Translations under genes and position numbers: made by a program
Origin: Macrostomum lignano
Lineage: Eukaryota
Reading direction: 5' to 3'
Length of the DNA stretch: 64,000 nt
Assembly: GCA_002269645.1 (NCBI GenBank)
Contig: NIVC01000696.1
Span: forward strand, 124,001 to 188,000
In this document: positions 60,556 to 64,000 of the stretch, one piece after another
Numbering within the stretch: position 1 is the first letter of the stretch
Layout of the letters: every line of letters begins with the position of its first letter
Notes under the pieces: generated by a model
Told to the model about the DNA's origin: nothing
Database searches by the model: none
Seen by the model: the letters and a program-made list of their open reading frames with translations, nothing else

Positions 60556-60985
60556 CACAATAGAAAAATCGTCAATACGTGTACTTTTATTTAAGTTGAA
60601 AATATCAAATTATGAGAGCAAACCGCCCAAATGGCAATCATAAAGTGCATAATTTATTGATAATAATTATAATTGATGACAAACATGGATTTGTAGACAG
60701 ATTACAGATCAATAGAAGGCCAATGTGAGTTTTAAGTAGGACTAACGAATATTGTAGAAAGGCGATAGCAACCACGAAATGCCAGCACGTTCAATAAACA
60801 CGATTAATATAGCAATAGCAGGTTAATTAACTGTTTGCAAATGCAACACTAAGAAATGACTACTTGTATGGCTGTAAATAACAGGACTACCTAAAGGAGG
60901 TCCCGCACTCTGGGTTCGTTTCTGCTACAGATTTAGCTCTCAACACATACTACTTACAGAAGGTTCAAAAGTTCCAACTAGGTAG

Positions 60986-62292
60986 TCACTCACTAGCTAG
61001 CCTAGCCAAGAGTTTCCCATTACCATTGTTAATCTGTTCTTGCATACGAGTATAAACAGCTGTATTATCAGCCTGTCCAGCATCAGTTGATGAGGCAGCT
61101 CTAAAAGCGTACAGCGCCCCAGTTGAGTCAACGCCAATCACGAAGCCGTAGTCAGCCAGCTGGCCAACATACCGAACTGCGGATGGGTAAATGCCACTAA
61201 TGCTGTAGCAAAATGCATCAGCTGCTTGCAGCGACTCAAACAGCTGGCTGAGCCGGTCTGCACTGCACCGAGCTGGCAGTCGGCAGCGTCGCCTGTGAAT
61301 CGAGGCCAGATCCGAGTAGGTCGGCATCGCTGGCGGTGGAGCTGCGACGTCACTCGCTTGATCAGCCGGCTCGGGTCTCGGCCGCTTCGCCGATCGCGGC
61401 TTGTCGCCGACTGGAGCAGCTTCCAAATCCGGTTGGAGTCGGCGTCTTGGCACCGGGGACTCGGCCAGATGATCTGCCACTGAACTGTCTTCTCTGCTGT
61501 TGTCGTCTATCGCGGTTAGGTCGATAAGCTGCTGCATCAGGTCTGCCCCGCCGCCGCCTCCTTGCATCGCAACAGCAGTTGGGTCAAAAATATCAACTGC
61601 AGACGGCATCGGCTGCTGCTGCTGCTGCTGCTGTTGCTGATGCTGCTGCTGCTGCTGCTGTTGATGCTGCTGCTGTTGATGCTGATGCTGCTGCTGTTGA
61701 TGCTGTTGCTGATGATGCTGCTGTTGTTGTTGCTGCTGATGCTGCTGTTGTTGCTGCTGCTTTTGATGCTGCTGCTGTTGATGCTGTTGCTGTTGCTGCT
61801 GTTGTTGCTGAGGCTGCTGCTGTTGTTGCTGATGCTGCTGCTGTTGCTGCTGTTGATGCTGCTGCTGCTCAGTTTGATCAGGCGATTCCGCAGATGGAGC
61901 CACCGGAGATGTCGGCAAGTGGCTCTCAGCAGCTGCACCAGCAGCATCAGCTCTGACATCCTTGTTGTAGGCATTACTAACAATTGAATCAGGAGCATTA
62001 TTATTATTAGCAACTACTATGTCTGCAGTAGTAGCAACAGTATTCGACACGGTAGCTAACGATTGATTTGGCACAGTATCCAATAGCATAGTTCTAATAG
62101 ATTCTAGCACAGCGGCTTCATTAGCTAGGCCTATTTGAGTCTTGGCTGCGTTCAAGTTCACATCGAGAGCATCTGCTGGCAGTTCAATTGACAGAACGCA
62201 CACGGGCAGCTTGGTTGGCACGCCGAATGCAGAGGAGATTGTAGAACGAATCATTTTCACGAGCTTAGCTGACTGTACTGGGCGTCTGTTGA
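60986..62292 (-). CDS. PMS1: PMS1 exon 2 (transducer domain, long polyQ linker, short C-terminus)
   Basis: Acceptor tttgcag|TC gives FI/VNRRPV; DVNLNAAKTQI resembles the MutL DVN motif. Confidence 0.82.
61613..61867 (-). repeat. 85-codon Q/H-rich coding tract in PMS1
   Basis: CAG/CAA interrupted by CAT and occasional CCT/AAG. Confidence 0.92.
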
Positions 62293-62439
62293 CTGCAAAT
62301 TAATTTGTTTCATATCTTCAGTTATGCTAGCTAGGTGCATTGATTGATAGAGGCTTAAGTGTCTGGATTGGCTTGTGCTAATCTTGCGACTCAAGGTTAC
62401 TCAAGTGAAAAAGGCTGGTAGGTCGAAAAATCGGGTCAT

Positions 62440-62860
62440 TAAGGGGATTTACTTGAGCGATCCATACTGCGAATTGCGAAAGTGGGTCATTAAGGTCTAA
62501 AATGGGGTCATCAAGGTCTGAAATGGGGTCATCAAGGTCTGAAAAGGGGTCATCAAGGTCTGAAAAGGGCTCACTAAGGTCTGAAAAGGGTCATCAAGGT
62601 CTCAAAAGGGTCATCAAGGTCTCAAAAGGGTCATCAAGGTCTCAAAAGGGTTCATTAAGGTCTCAAAAGGGTTCATTAAGGTCTGAAAAGGGGTCAGCAA
62701 GGTCTGAAAAGGGCTCACTAAAGTCTTAAAAGGGGTCATTAAGGTCTGAAAAGGGCTCACTAAAGTCTTAAAAGGGGTCATTAAGGTCTGAAAAGGGCTC
62801 ACTAAAGTCTTAAAAGGGGTCATTAAGGTCTGAAAATTGGTCATCAAGGTCTTAAAACGG
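62440..62860. repeat. 21-bp minisatellite (AAGGTCTGAAAAGGGGTCATC) in the PMS1 intron
   Basis: 21-nt period with variants. Confidence 0.9.
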
Positions 62861-62903
62861 GTCACACGCTGTTTAACACTGAAATGATCAATATTTTACT
62901 CAC

Positions 62904-63705
62904 CAATGAAGAAGCTATGCAGATCTCCATTCCGAAACAGCATAGCCTTGTCAGCACCGCTGGCTGGCACAAACGCAACGACTCGACCGCCCACTGCATT
63001 GTCAATCTGACAGTCAAGCCGCTGCATCTGCTGCCACACGGCATAGCTGAGCACTTGTCTCACGCGATCATTCAGACTGGCGCACTCTGGCAGGCTTAGC
63101 AACGCTTCGCCGTCGCTAAGCAACGCAAAACGTACGCCAGGATTAGCCAGAGCGGCTGATCGAATGGCGGCTTCCACGCTAGCCAGGGCTTCTCTCAGCC
63201 GTTTAGCCGAGCGCAGCTGCTGGCGCCGAACTGGCAGACAGTGGAACAGCTGACGGACGGTGACCCGGGTGCCGATTGGCATGGCAACGTCCCGCCGGGA
63301 CACAACCTGGCCAGACTTATCGAATGCGTACTCCCTGCCGAGCTCCTCGCCCTGGCACCGAGTAGCCATGCTCAGCTGGCCAACTGTGCACAGCGAGTTG
63401 AGCGCCTCGCCTCGGAATCCGTAGGTGACCAGGTCGGCTAGCCCGGAATCGTCAGCCAGCTTGGATGTGCAGTGCCGCATAGCAACCAAGTCGGCATCGC
63501 TGGCGGAGAAGCCACGGCCATTGTCCAGCACTTCGAGGCGATCCAGGCCGCAGCTGTCTAGCCGGACGTCCACTCTGGTGGCCCCGGCGTCCAGAGCGTT
63601 CTCAATCAACTCCTTGACTACGGACTCGGGACCGAGGATCACCTGGCCGCTGCTGAGCATGCGAGCTGTGGCAGCTGGCAGCTGGCGCATTTGAGAGGCC
63701 GACAT
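62904..63705 (-). CDS. PMS1: PMS1 exon 1 (MutL GHKL ATPase domain)
   Basis: MRQLPAATARMLSSGQVI..VVKELIENALDAGAT..DNGRG..TSK..TYGFRGEAL..LFHCLPVRRQ; the N-terminus resembles PMS1 MKQLPAATVRLLSS; donor G|gtgagt. Confidence 0.9.
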
Positions 63706-63913
63706 TTGGCCACGGTTGCTGCAATTGATAAATTTGAAATTAATCAAATTTTTGGTGGGACATTACAAGTCAAACATCTTTCATTTAGGTCTAGGATAGT
63801 TATAAGCGTATGGACTTGATTATTCATGAACGTTTTTAAACTTCATTTCTGAGTATAACTAATTGGTTCATTGCTAAACAATCATATCCACATGAAAACG
63901 GTATCTAGGCGCA

Positions 63914-64000
63914 CATACATGTGCAACAGTCGGCCGAGTCGGCCAATCTGGCCGACCAATTTGGCGGCCAACCAAGGAAGTCGCAAAAATGCCCACCCAA
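63914..64000. mobile_element. MITE copy D, left end only (cut by the window edge)
   Basis: CATACATGTGCAAC followed by sequence nearly identical to copy A up to AAGTCGCAAAAATGCCCACCC. Confidence 0.85.

Overview
Eukaryotic (animal) genomic DNA with GC-rich, Q/A-rich exons, GT-AG introns filled with minisatellites and AT-rich intergenic DNA. The style suggests a free-living flatworm such as Macrostomum, but this is inference only. Host genes: the last exon of an SLC2/GLUT sugar transporter, an unidentified minus-strand gene, an odd-skipped-family C2H2 gene, three tandem penta-EF-hand paralogues (one intronless), an IGF2BP/Imp-like gene that seems to stop after KH2, a universal stress protein, and PMS1 with an 85-codon Q/H tract. 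Mobile DNA: a decayed mariner, tRNA-derived SINEs, several MITEs and a PHD/FLYWCH transposase relic. Two systems stand out. (1) A family of ~250-290 bp MITEs (three complete copies, one cut by the window end, one cassette-less sister) carries a 62-64 nt piece of 28S rRNA centred on the R2/Pokey/I-PpoI target site. The 8 nt at that site are replaced in every copy, and the same cassette sits inside two different TIR types. (2) A degenerate 4.86 kb Ingi-like LINE has a 5' HDV-like ribozyme fold, a 2A-like motif, a PHD-PWWP-PHD-PHD chromatin-reader array, then APE, RT, a partial RNase H and a (CAA)n tail. All calls are from reading the sequence by eye; no searches were run.
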